Part shown: piece after piece, positions 1 to 8,756 of the stretch
How positions within the stretch are numbered: position 1 is the stretch's first letter
Layout: each line of letters starts with the position of its first letter
Assembly (NCBI GenBank): GCA_964291235.2
Contig: OZ219815.1
Coordinates: 704,001-768,000, forward strand
Source of the DNA: Vicinamibacteria bacterium
GTDB taxonomy: Bacteria > Acidobacteriota > Vicinamibacteria > Marinacidobacterales > Marinacidobacteraceae
Reading direction: 5' to 3'
Length of the DNA: 64,000 bases
Translations under genes and position numbers: made by a program
The notes under the pieces: model-generated
Databases searched by the model: none
The model's input: the letters and a program-made list of their open reading frames with translations, nothing else
What the model was told of the DNA's origin: nothing

Positions 1-1
1 G

Positions 2-595
2 TCCCTCGCGAGTCTCGAGGAACTCGGGGCGACCGTCGTGGATCCGGTGAGGATCGAGGGGCTCGACGCCCCGGGATCGCTCTGGTGCAATCCGTTCCGC
101 GCTCAACTCGAGAGTTATCTGGACAGCCTCGGGCCGGACGCTCCGGTCACGACGCTGGCGGCGATCGTGGAGGGAGGCGACTATCACCCCTCCATTGGCG
201 CCCGGCTCGAAACGGCGCTCGAGGTTGAAGGCGAGCCGGATGAACTGTGCTCCGAGGCCAACGGCCGGGCGTCCGAGCTTCGGGAGGAGGTCGGAAACCT
301 CTTCGCCGGGGAAAACCTCACCGCCCTGGCGTTCCCGAGCTGGAGCAACCCGCCCAGGCTGCTGGGGGACCTGACCACTCCCGATGGCAACAACTCGCCC
401 CAGTTGTCCCCGCCCACCGGTTTCCCGGCGGTCACCGTTCCCATGGGATTCACTCCCGCCGGACTGCCGGGCGGGCTCCAACTGCTGGGAGACTCCCTGG
501 GCGAGGGCGCGCTGTTCCGGATCGCCTACGCCTACGAACAGGCAACCGGCCATCGAAGCCCGCCGTCCACCACGCCGCCCCTGACGGGTCGGTAG
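2..595 (+). CDS. Amidase signature family protein, C-terminal part (5' end outside window)
   Basis: Frame open from base 2 ([13 protein letters not shown]). C-terminal amidase motif [22 protein letters not shown]...[12 protein letters not shown], paralogous to 12781..14400. Confidence 0.85.
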   Translation, partial: SLASLEELGATVVDPVRIEGLDAPGSLWCNPFRAQLESYLDSLGPDAPVTTLAAIVEGGDYHPSIGARLETALEVEGEPDELCSEANGRASELREEVGNLFAGENLTALAFPSWSNPPRLLGDLTTPDGNNSPQLSPPTGFPAVTVPMGFTPAGLPGGLQLLGDSLGEGALFRIAYAYEQATGHRSPPSTTPPLTGR

Positions 596-622
596 TTCGC
601 CTCCGTCGTTGGGAGGCGAACT
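594..622 (+). terminator. Hairpin after amidase stop (possible terminator)
   Basis: AGTTCGCCTCC-N7-GGAGGCGAACT, an 11-bp perfect stem; weak U-tail. Confidence 0.45.
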
Positions 623-659
623 CCTTCGCTAAACTCCCAGCGCCAGCGCTCGGAAACCC

Positions 660-1004
660 ATGCCCATCTATGAATATCGTTGCGACGCGTGCGATCAGGT
701 GTTCGAAGCGATACAGCGCCTCAAGGACGAACCACTCGATGCCTGCCGGCACTGTGGGGGAGCCGCCCGCCGGATCGTCTCCAGTCCGGCCATCCAGTTC
801 CTGGGCAGCGGTTGGTACGTGACCGACTACGCCCGGAAGGGGAGCAACGGCGCCAACGGGTCCTCCGCAAAGGGCGGCTCGCCGGGCAATTCCGACTCGG
901 GAAGCGAGGCCGGCAAAGCGGATTCGGGCAAGAAGGCTGGCGCGCCCGGCACCGAAAAGTCCTCACCTTCCGGAAACGAGTCGCGGACCGGCTCACCGAC
1001 CTAG
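660..1004 (+). CDS. FmdB-family zinc-ribbon protein
   Basis: MPIYEYRCDAC...CRHCGG...GSGWYVTDY followed by a low-complexity S/G/K tail. Confidence 0.9.
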   Translation: MPIYEYRCDACDQVFEAIQRLKDEPLDACRHCGGAARRIVSSPAIQFLGSGWYVTDYARKGSNGANGSSAKGGSPGNSDSGSEAGKADSGKKAGAPGTEKSSPSGNESRTGSPT

Positions 1005-1009
1005 CAGCC

Positions 1010-1984
1010 GTGCCGCCTTCGGCGCGCGGCCGCCTCTTGCAGAGGAGTCAGCCGAGCGTCACCCGGCTGCTGATCGCGGCCTCTCTCCTCACGCCCGTTG
1101 CCGCGTCCGCCGCTGCTCCGCAGGACCCGGACGCCGCGGCCCGGGAATGTGAGGCCGCAGCCCAGGCATCTGATTGGGCAGCGGCGGTGACGCACTGCGA
1201 AGCCGCGATCGGGGCGCTTCCGGACGCCTACGGCATCCACTACTTCCTCGGGTTCGCATACCAGGCGAGGCAGGAATGGGAGAAGGCGGGCGGCGCTTTC
1301 GAATCCTTCATGTCGGCGGTCGAGGAATTACCGGCGGACGGACCGCGCCCGCAGGATCAGCTCGCAGTGGCGGCGCGAAATGCCGGACTCGCGTGGTTTC
1401 GCGCCGGAAACTTGACAAGCGCCCTTCCCTTGTTGCGGCGCGCCGCCGCGGCCGACGCGGCGGACGCCGAGGTTCATTTCTTCCTGGGTGTCGGGTTGAT
1501 GCAGGAGGGTGATCGGGAAGGCGCCGAGGCGGCCTTTGGTGTCGTGGCGCGGGAAGCCCCCCAGATCAGCCAGGCGGAGTTCTTCCTGGGACAACTGCGC
1601 TATGACGCCGGGGACTACGACGCGGCGCTCACCCATCTCGCCGAGTACCTGCATGCGGCGCCCGACGGGCCGTTCGCGGCGGAAGCACACTGGATGGCCG
1701 GATCCATAGCGCTCCGGGCGTCGGAATCCGGTGCGGCCGATTCGGACACGGCGGCAAACGAGGCCCGCGACCATTTCGCGGCGCTCCTCGAAGTGGAGCC
1801 GGACAGTGCCCGCGCGGCGCTGGCGCACTATTTTCTCGGAACCATCGCGGCGGACCGGGAGGCGTGTGAGCAAGCTCGCCACCACTACGAGGACTTCCTC
1901 CGGATCGCGCCGGAGCACGAACGCGCTTCGGAGGTGAGGGGTTACCTCGCCGAGGGCTTCTCCCCCTGCGAGCCTCCGGCTTGA
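1010..1984 (+). CDS. Secreted TPR-repeat protein (paralog 1)
   Basis: In-frame GTG at 1010 (start uncertain), signal-peptide-like RLLIAASLLTPVAASAAA, TPR motifs HYFLGFAY, HFFLGVGL, FFLGQLRY, HYFLGTIA. Confidence 0.8.
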   Translation: MPPSARGRLLQRSQPSVTRLLIAASLLTPVAASAAAPQDPDAAARECEAAAQASDWAAAVTHCEAAIGALPDAYGIHYFLGFAYQARQEWEKAGGAFESFMSAVEELPADGPRPQDQLAVAARNAGLAWFRAGNLTSALPLLRRAAAADAADAEVHFFLGVGLMQEGDREGAEAAFGVVAREAPQISQAEFFLGQLRYDAGDYDAALTHLAEYLHAAPDGPFAAEAHWMAGSIALRASESGAADSDTAANEARDHFAALLEVEPDSARAALAHYFLGTIAADREACEQARHHYEDFLRIAPEHERASEVRGYLAEGFSPCEPPA

Positions 1985-2112
1985 TCGCGGATTCCGGAAT
2001 TCGCCCAATCCCCAAGGCCTATGCTAGTTTCCCGCACTTCGCACGGGCAGCGACCGCTGAATCAGAGTGCCCTCCACGGGCGTCCGGCCAACCCGTCAAG
2101 GAGAAATCCGCC

Positions 2113-3165
2113 ATGCACACCCGATTCCTGACCCTGTTCCTGGTCCTCCTGGTTAGCTTCGTCGTCGGAGGAGCCAGCGCCGCAGCGCAGGATGTGGACC
2201 CGGAAAAGGCCGCCGCCTGCCTGGCGGCAGTGGACGGCCAGAACTACGAACAGGTTCTCGCCGCCTGTCCCGAAGTCCTGGAGACCCTGCCCGAGGATCA
2301 CCCGTACTACGCCCACTGGTCGCAAACCGTGAACTACGCCTACAGCCTCCAGTGCCAGCCAGCGTTTGAAGCCCAACAGTGGGCCAGCGTCATTACCTAC
2401 TGCGAAATGGCGATCCAGGCGAACCCGGGAGCGTTCATCATGAACTACTTCCTCGGCGTCGCCTACCAGACCCAACAGAACTGGGAAAACACCGCCGTCA
2501 ACTTCGCCGCTTTCCTGACCGGGGTCCAGGGGAATTCGGAGGCAGCGTCGCAACTCTCGGAGCAGGTGGCCACTGCCCAGCGGTCCGGCGGCATCGCCTA
2601 CGCCCGCGTCAACGCGATGCAGGACGCCATTCCCCTGCTGCAGGCAGCCGCGCGAGCGAACGGGTCCGACGTGGAAGTGCACTACCGGCTGGCGGTCGCT
2701 CTCCTCAGTACCGGTGACTCCGCGGGCGCCGAGCGGGCGTTCTCGGTCGTGATCGACAATGCTCCCAACCCCATCGCGAGCGTGCTGTTCCTCGCTGGCC
2801 AGCTCAACTACAACGCGGGCGATTACGCCAAGGCCGACACCCGGCTGAGCGCCTACCTGGCCGCGGCTCCAGGAGACAAGGGCGTTCCGGACGCTCACTT
2901 CATGCTCGCGCAGGCGCTCCAGGGGTCGAACGAGGACCGCGCCGTCACCCACTACCAGGGATTCCTCTCCGGCGCAGCGGGAGGGGATCCGCGCGTCGTG
3001 GACGCCAACTTCGCTCTCGGAACCATCTTCTACAACCGCGATGACTGCGGAAACGCCGAGCAGCACTACCAGGCGTTCATGGAAATGGCGCCGGATCATG
3101 CGAACGCCGCCCAGGTCACCGAAATTCTGGCGTCGATCGCAGAAGGCGGTTGCGAGGGAGGCTGA
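2113..3165 (+). CDS. Secreted TPR-repeat protein (paralog 2)
   Basis: ATG at 2113, signal peptide MHTRFLTLFLVLLVSFVVGGASAAAQ, TPR motifs NYFLGVAY, HYRLAVAL, LFLAGQLNY, NFALGTIFY. Confidence 0.85.
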   Translation: MHTRFLTLFLVLLVSFVVGGASAAAQDVDPEKAAACLAAVDGQNYEQVLAACPEVLETLPEDHPYYAHWSQTVNYAYSLQCQPAFEAQQWASVITYCEMAIQANPGAFIMNYFLGVAYQTQQNWENTAVNFAAFLTGVQGNSEAASQLSEQVATAQRSGGIAYARVNAMQDAIPLLQAAARANGSDVEVHYRLAVALLSTGDSAGAERAFSVVIDNAPNPIASVLFLAGQLNYNAGDYAKADTRLSAYLAAAPGDKGVPDAHFMLAQALQGSNEDRAVTHYQGFLSGAAGGDPRVVDANFALGTIFYNRDDCGNAEQHYQAFMEMAPDHANAAQVTEILASIAEGGCEGG

Positions 3166-3379
3166 GCCTCAAGAACGGCCCCGCCGGTCAATCCGCGCGC
3201 GTTCCTCGCGGACCGCCCGACTGGATGACAACCCGCTGATCCACCTTTGTTTTCCCTTTTTTACCCCTACCCGTTTCCTGTGCTAGGCTGGCTCGTTCCA
3301 TTACGGGGGACGGGGTAATGGGGGTTTAGCCGGCAATCGCCGGTTGCAGCGCCCCGCCCGACCTCGAGGAGGTTCTGTC

Positions 3380-4474
3380 ATGTCACTCCGGAGCAACACT
3401 GGACTCCCGCTTCTGCTCGTTGCGACGTTCATCTTCCCCGCTCTTGCGCTCTCCGCCGCGCTCCCTCACCCCGCCGTGCAGGACGATCCGGACGAGGTTT
3501 GCGAGGCCGCCATCGAGAGCCAGGTCTGGGAAGATGTGATCGCGACTTGCGAACCGCTGCTCTCGGTTCACGACGAGAGCCACCCTTCGTGGGAGTTCTA
3601 CAAAGAGAACGTCGAGTACGCCCACACCACCATCAACTACCAGAACCAGCAGCAGTGCGTAGAGTCGGCGCAGGCCGGCGCCTGGGACACCACCCTCACG
3701 GCGTGTCCCGCAATCCTCGCCACCGCTCCCGACTTTCTCGTCGCCCATCTCTTCCTCGGCTACGCCCATCAGGCCAAGGGAAGCGCGACGGAAGCCATCG
3801 AATCGTTCGAGGACTTTCTTGGCGCCGCCGATGCGAATCCGGAGATGGCCGCCCAACTCGGCGATCAGATCGCCGATGCCCGTCGGAGAGTCGCGATCAG
3901 CCGCATCGAGATGGGCGACCGGGAAGCGGCGATTCCGCTGCTTCGCCAGGTCGCGGAAGCCGATCCGAGCGACGCGGAGGTCCACTTCCGGCTTGGATTC
4001 GCGCTGCTCCAGGCGGAGGACAACGCGGGTGCCGAGGCGTCGTTCACGGCCGTGATCGACCTGAATCCGGACATCCCCCAGTTGCCCCAGGTTCTGTTCC
4101 TCGCCGGCCAGCTCGCCTACAACGACCAGCAGTTCGACACCGCTGCGGAACGCTTGAACGCGTACCTCGAGCGGGAACCGGAGGGGCAGTACGCCACCGA
4201 CATCCACTGGATGCTCGGGTTCATCGCTGGCCGCAACGACGACCAGCGCGGCATGATGCGCCACTACGGCGCCGCACTCGCGGCGGATCCCAACAATCCG
4301 AACGCCAGGGACGCGAACTACTCACTGGGCGTAATCGCCTTCAACGGCGGCCAGTGCAGCACGGCGGAGCGCTACTTCAGAGCGTTCCTCCGCCTGGCGA
4401 GGGGTGACTCGCGAGCCGCGGACGTCGAGGACATGATTCTCGACATCGAGGACGGCGTCTGCGAAGGGGGCTGA
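3380..4474 (+). CDS. Secreted TPR-repeat protein (paralog 3)
   Basis: GGAGG RBS, ATG at 3380, signal peptide, TPR motifs HLFLGYAH, HFRLGFAL, LFLAGQLAY, NYSLGVIAF. Confidence 0.85.
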   Translation: MSLRSNTGLPLLLVATFIFPALALSAALPHPAVQDDPDEVCEAAIESQVWEDVIATCEPLLSVHDESHPSWEFYKENVEYAHTTINYQNQQQCVESAQAGAWDTTLTACPAILATAPDFLVAHLFLGYAHQAKGSATEAIESFEDFLGAADANPEMAAQLGDQIADARRRVAISRIEMGDREAAIPLLRQVAEADPSDAEVHFRLGFALLQAEDNAGAEASFTAVIDLNPDIPQLPQVLFLAGQLAYNDQQFDTAAERLNAYLEREPEGQYATDIHWMLGFIAGRNDDQRGMMRHYGAALAADPNNPNARDANYSLGVIAFNGGQCSTAERYFRAFLRLARGDSRAADVEDMILDIEDGVCEGG

Positions 4475-4555
4475 CCGGCACGTCAAGCCACGGTCCGCGG
4501 ACGCCGCGGGGGTTTTGCCACAGGCTGTCGAGGGATCGTCGAAAGTCCGCGGGGA

Positions 4556-5029
4556 TCAACCCCGGCGGAACCCTGCCGCTTCTTCCGTGCGCCGCAGGTA
4601 GCGGGGAAGCAGCGGAGGGTCCATGAAGGCGATCCGCTGCCGCTCCACGACCCACAACCGGGCGAGCAGGACGTTCAGATAGCGGAGTTCGTCCAGGGAG
4701 TAGCGGACCTCGCCGTGCTCGTACCGCCGGAGCCAGTGGCCCGGGAGATCCCTCGCGATCTCATACCAGTGAGAATCGACGGTCGCAGTGACCCGGCGGG
4801 CCGCTTCGACGGTGTGAGCCATCAGGTACAGCACCGAGTCCGGTTCGAGTAGGCGGCTGCTCGCGGCAACCGAGCGGATCCCGCGCAGGAGATAGATCAG
4901 GCACCACCGCACCTCCGGAGTGAGCGACTGCGGATCGGCGAGCATTCGCGGCGCCAGGAATGCGGCCGCCCCCTGCTCGTCGTCGAACAGGAGCCGGTAG
5001 AGCTCGGCGCGCAGCATGTCTCTGGGCAT
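4556..5029 (-). CDS. Hypothetical protein (157 aa)
   Basis: Protein-like composition, 15 nt downstream of the ASPIC gene on the same strand; no motif recognised. Confidence 0.65.
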   Translation of the reverse strand: MPRDMLRAELYRLLFDDEQGAAAFLAPRMLADPQSLTPEVRWCLIYLLRGIRSVAASSRLLEPDSVLYLMAHTVEAARRVTATVDSHWYEIARDLPGHWLRRYEHGEVRYSLDELRYLNVLLARLWVVERQRIAFMDPPLLPRYLRRTEEAAGFRRG

Positions 5030-5044
5030 GACCCACTCGATGAC

Positions 5045-8000
5045 TCAGCGTTGCCGCTCCCGGGTGGCGCCGGAACGCGAGGACGAGGTCTCCCCGGTCA
5101 CCTCGACCGGAGGTTCCTCGCCCAGGAATCCGTGACGGCCCTCGGGGCCAACGCGCCGCGTGTTGTATTCAGCCCGCCAGCGCGCCAAGGCCTCGGAATC
5201 CGGGTAGGCCCCCTCCGGATACGGGTAGCTCGGCATCCCGTGGAAGGGAAGAGGCGTCACGGTATGGGGCCGGGCGGAGTTCAGGTCCATGTCCTTCCCG
5301 AATCCGTCGGCAAACGCGAAGAACGTGCGCCGGCTGCCCGGGGCGGGCGGGGGAAGTTCCCGGGCGTCGAAGCGGAGCCGCACCTCGTCTCCGTGCCGGG
5401 CGATCACATAGCGATCGTCTATCGCAGCGAGGAGGGGCTGCACATCCCCGTACCGGGTGTAGCCCCCCTCGTGCGCGCCCCAGATGTCCCGGGCGGCCCG
5501 GGTGTCGTATCGGTATTCGGTCGGAGGAATTCCGCGAGGGCGGTGGGGTTCGGGATATCCCGCGAAGCCGAAGACCGCGGTCGTGGCATCGAGTCGCCAC
5601 TCCTGAAGCCGGGTGTCGGCGACCTCGGCGAGCTCGATGCGGTCCCAGTAGATCCGCATGTTCGTTCGGATCCGGAGCGGACGCCCGCTCTCGACCCCGG
5701 CATCCTCCAGCGGCACCACCATTGTCTTGGGCAGACCAGCCGGGAATCCCATCGGATCCACGGCGACCCGGAACCCGGTGTCTCCGGCAATCTCCAGGAC
5801 CGGGGGCTTGGCCTGGACGCCGGCCTGCGAGGCGGCGAGGTTGGAACTCGAGTCGGCGTAGTCCACCCATCCGTAGAGCAGGAGGACGTGTGGGACATCG
5901 GCCCGCACCCCGTCGAAGGTGAGCGTCAGCTCGTGGGGCTTCGCGTATCCCTTGAAGGGAAGCAGCGGAAAGTCGTCCACGTATTCGCGGTCCACCCGAG
6001 CGAGAGCCGCGGTCACATCGCGCTCGGACCCTTCTTCAGTTGAGGAGGACGCCCGGGAAGGCGGACGCCGATTCCTGACCGCGACGAGTCCGGGAGCGGG
6101 ATAGGGCGGGCCCGGCATCAGGCGTTCCTGGGCGAAGACATCCACGTCGTCTGGATGGTCGGCCACCCAAAGCGCCGCCCGATCGTAAAAGATGACCTCC
6201 TCGAGCTGGTTCACCCAGCGCATCTCGTAAGCGCCCTCCCGCGGGACCAGGGGAAACGCCTCCATCTTCACCACTTCGGCGGTATCCGGGAAGTTGTAGG
6301 TTCCGGGAGCCAGAAGGTTCCCAAGAGCGCTGCCGCCGAGAAAGTCGGTCACGAAGCGGATCCGTTCCCCGTCCCAGGCGTAGAGGACGGGACACGACGT
6401 GCCCTTTCGATTGAGCTCCTCCACCGACGCCACCGCCAGGGCCGGAACGTCGAGCTCGACCTGTTTCACCCCGCCGGGCCAGAGAAACCGGACGTAGTCG
6501 GCGGCCAGGGCCTCTCCCAGCCCGAAGTGAACGGGGAGATCGTTCTGCGACAGGTATCCCGAGGTGGTCTGCACCTGGCGGCGCTGGCTGACGCCGGAAA
6601 CCCGCACTTCGATCTTGGTACCCACGCCGTCGAGGTTGCTGCGGAGGCCTCGCGGACTCACGGCCATCCAGTTTCCGCCGCCCGTCTGATCATTCCGGAA
6701 GGCGAGGATGCGGCCCAGCGTGGTGCCGACCACCGCGTCGAGATCCCCATCGCCGTCCAGATCGCCGGTGGCCAGCGCCCGCGCCTCTTCCCCGGAGCCG
6801 AGCCTGGCTTCCGGCGCGCCCGCGCGGGAGAACCCCGCCGAGGTGTTCTCATAGAAGACGAGGGGAGCTGCAGCGTCGGCGGTGACCATCAGCAGGTCCA
6901 GATCCATGTCGTGGTCGGCATCGAGGAAGGAGACGCCGTGCCGGGCCCCGGGGACGCCGGCGCGCAGCAGGAACGGGGATCCGATGTCCGGAGAAAAGCC
7001 GCCAGCTCCTGATCCTCGCAGCAACATGTTCAATGCGCTGCCTTCGGCGGAGAGCAACAGGTCGAAGAAGCCGTCACGGTTGTAGTCGGCGGCCGCGGCG
7101 CCCCGCATCCGGGACGCGGTTTCGACGCCCCAGGCGCCCGCACTCTCCGTGAACGTGCCGACCCGGTCGTTCGAGAAGACCTGCACGGGACTGCCGTCGT
7201 TCACGACCAGGAAGTCCACGTCCCGGTCGTCGTCCCAATCCGAGAACAGCGAGAACAGACTCCGCCGCGCCCCGCCGTCCGTCCCGGTCTCCCCGGCTAC
7301 GTCGGTGAACGTGCCGTTGCCATTGTTCCGGTAGAGCCGGTTCGGAGCGCCTGGCAGGTCTTCCGGAATGCGGAGGACCGGAGGGACGGAATCGAGCCCG
7401 TCCAGCGAAGCGGGCGCGTAGTTGGCCACCTGGATGTCCAGATCGCCGTCATGGTCGAAATCGGCGAAGGTGGCCCCCACCGAGATGAGGTCTCCCTCGG
7501 CTCCCGAGCCTTCCGCCCGCGTGAAGAGAGGCCCGGTCTCGCCGGAGCGGTTGATGAACAGTGCGTTCGGACCGGCGCCGGCCGCATAGAGATCCGGATC
7601 CCCATCGAGATCCACGTCACCGACGGTCACACTGACCATCCCGCTGATTTCGAGGCCGGAGTTCTCCCACGCTTCGAAGCCGTCCCCGGTGTTTCGAAAC
7701 AGGAGCACCGATCCACCCCGCACGAAGAGGATTTCGGGCCGGCCGTCCCTGTCGAGGTCACGAATGGCGACCCCCGAGCCGAGCCGAGGCAGCAGGTTCC
7801 CGGCTACCCAGGCGGTCGAATAGTCCTCCGCGCTCAGGGCCTCAGGAAGTTCCACCACCGGATCCCCCGGGGACAGCTCCAGGTTCCACCCCGCGGTGGC
7901 TTCCGAGAAAGTGGCCCTTCCCGTCGTCGAGGGTTCGTCCTGGGCGCGATGAAGCGGCGCCGGGCGTTCCTCGACGGCCTCCGCATAAGGCCCGAGTTCG

Positions 8001-8641
8001 GTGTACTGAAGCCCCGCCGAGACTCCGGCACCCGAAAAACTGTTCTTCAGTTCCTGAAACCGCATCAACTGGGCGCGCCCCTCTTCCCGGCGGCCGGCGC
8101 GAACGAGCACGTTCCCCAGGCTGAAGTGGGCGGATTCATGCTCCGGCTGCAGCAGGATGGCGGTACGCAGCGCGGCCTCGGCCTCCTCGAGACGACCGGT
8201 GGCGGCGTACGCGGCGCCCAGGTAGTACTGAGTCATCGCGTCGTCCGGATCCGCCTCGGCGACCCGCTGGAAGGCAGTGAGCGCCGCCTCCGTATTGCCC
8301 TCGAGTTTTTCGATGAGGCCCAGGTTGTACAGGGCGTGGAGCCCGTCGGGATCGAGATCACGAGCCGTGCCGAAGGAAGTCCGCGCGGCGGCAAAATCGC
8401 GCTCGTTGAACCACGCGATCCCGAGATTCACGTGGGCGGCGGGCGAGTCGGGCCTCAGTGCCACGACCCGCTGGAATTCCGTCGCCGCGTCCGAGAACCG
8501 GAACTGCTCGAGCAGCGCCACACCTCGACTCATCCGCGCCGCCGCCTCCTGCTCCGGTGCCTGGGCGCCGACGGCGGACAACGCGGCGGCTATCACCAGC
8601 GTCAGGAGCCGGCGGCGTTGGGGCTGGATGCTCCGGGTCAT
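5045..8641 (-). CDS. Secreted TPR + FG-GAP repeat + ASPIC/UnbV (CRTAC1-like) protein
   Basis: Signal peptide from ATG 8641, N-terminal TPRs, multiple DxDxDGxxD FG-GAP loops, ASPIC motif SGYLSQNDLPVHFGLG, and a C-terminal domain starting SCPVLYAWDG. Confidence 0.88.
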   Translation of the reverse strand: MTRSIQPQRRRLLTLVIAAALSAVGAQAPEQEAAARMSRGVALLEQFRFSDAATEFQRVVALRPDSPAAHVNLGIAWFNERDFAAARTSFGTARDLDPDGLHALYNLGLIEKLEGNTEAALTAFQRVAEADPDDAMTQYYLGAAYAATGRLEEAEAALRTAILLQPEHESAHFSLGNVLVRAGRREEGRAQLMRFQELKNSFSGAGVSAGLQYTELGPYAEAVEERPAPLHRAQDEPSTTGRATFSEATAGWNLELSPGDPVVELPEALSAEDYSTAWVAGNLLPRLGSGVAIRDLDRDGRPEILFVRGGSVLLFRNTGDGFEAWENSGLEISGMVSVTVGDVDLDGDPDLYAAGAGPNALFINRSGETGPLFTRAEGSGAEGDLISVGATFADFDHDGDLDIQVANYAPASLDGLDSVPPVLRIPEDLPGAPNRLYRNNGNGTFTDVAGETGTDGGARRSLFSLFSDWDDDRDVDFLVVNDGSPVQVFSNDRVGTFTESAGAWGVETASRMRGAAAADYNRDGFFDLLLSAEGSALNMLLRGSGAGGFSPDIGSPFLLRAGVPGARHGVSFLDADHDMDLDLLMVTADAAAPLVFYENTSAGFSRAGAPEARLGSGEEARALATGDLDGDGDLDAVVGTTLGRILAFRNDQTGGGNWMAVSPRGLRSNLDGVGTKIEVRVSGVSQRRQVQTTSGYLSQNDLPVHFGLGEALAADYVRFLWPGGVKQVELDVPALAVASVEELNRKGTSCPVLYAWDGERIRFVTDFLGGSALGNLLAPGTYNFPDTAEVVKMEAFPLVPREGAYEMRWVNQLEEVIFYDRAALWVADHPDDVDVFAQERLMPGPPYPAPGLVAVRNRRPPSRASSSTEEGSERDVTAALARVDREYVDDFPLLPFKGYAKPHELTLTFDGVRADVPHVLLLYGWVDYADSSSNLAASQAGVQAKPPVLEIAGDTGFRVAVDPMGFPAGLPKTMVVPLEDAGVESGRPLRIRTNMRIYWDRIELAEVADTRLQEWRLDATTAVFGFAGYPEPHRPRGIPPTEYRYDTRAARDIWGAHEGGYTRYGDVQPLLAAIDDRYVIARHGDEVRLRFDARELPPPAPGSRRTFFAFADGFGKDMDLNSARPHTVTPLPFHGMPSYPYPEGAYPDSEALARWRAEYNTRRVGPEGRHGFLGEEPPVEVTGETSSSRSGATRERQR

Positions 8642-8756
8642 GGACTCCGCATTATGACCAACCCGGCCCACTCCCATTTTTCGAACGCCGATTCCGCAGC
8701 GCGGCCCGGGAAGCCGTCGGGGGGTCCCCCCGCGATACGGTTCCCCGCGCCCAACC

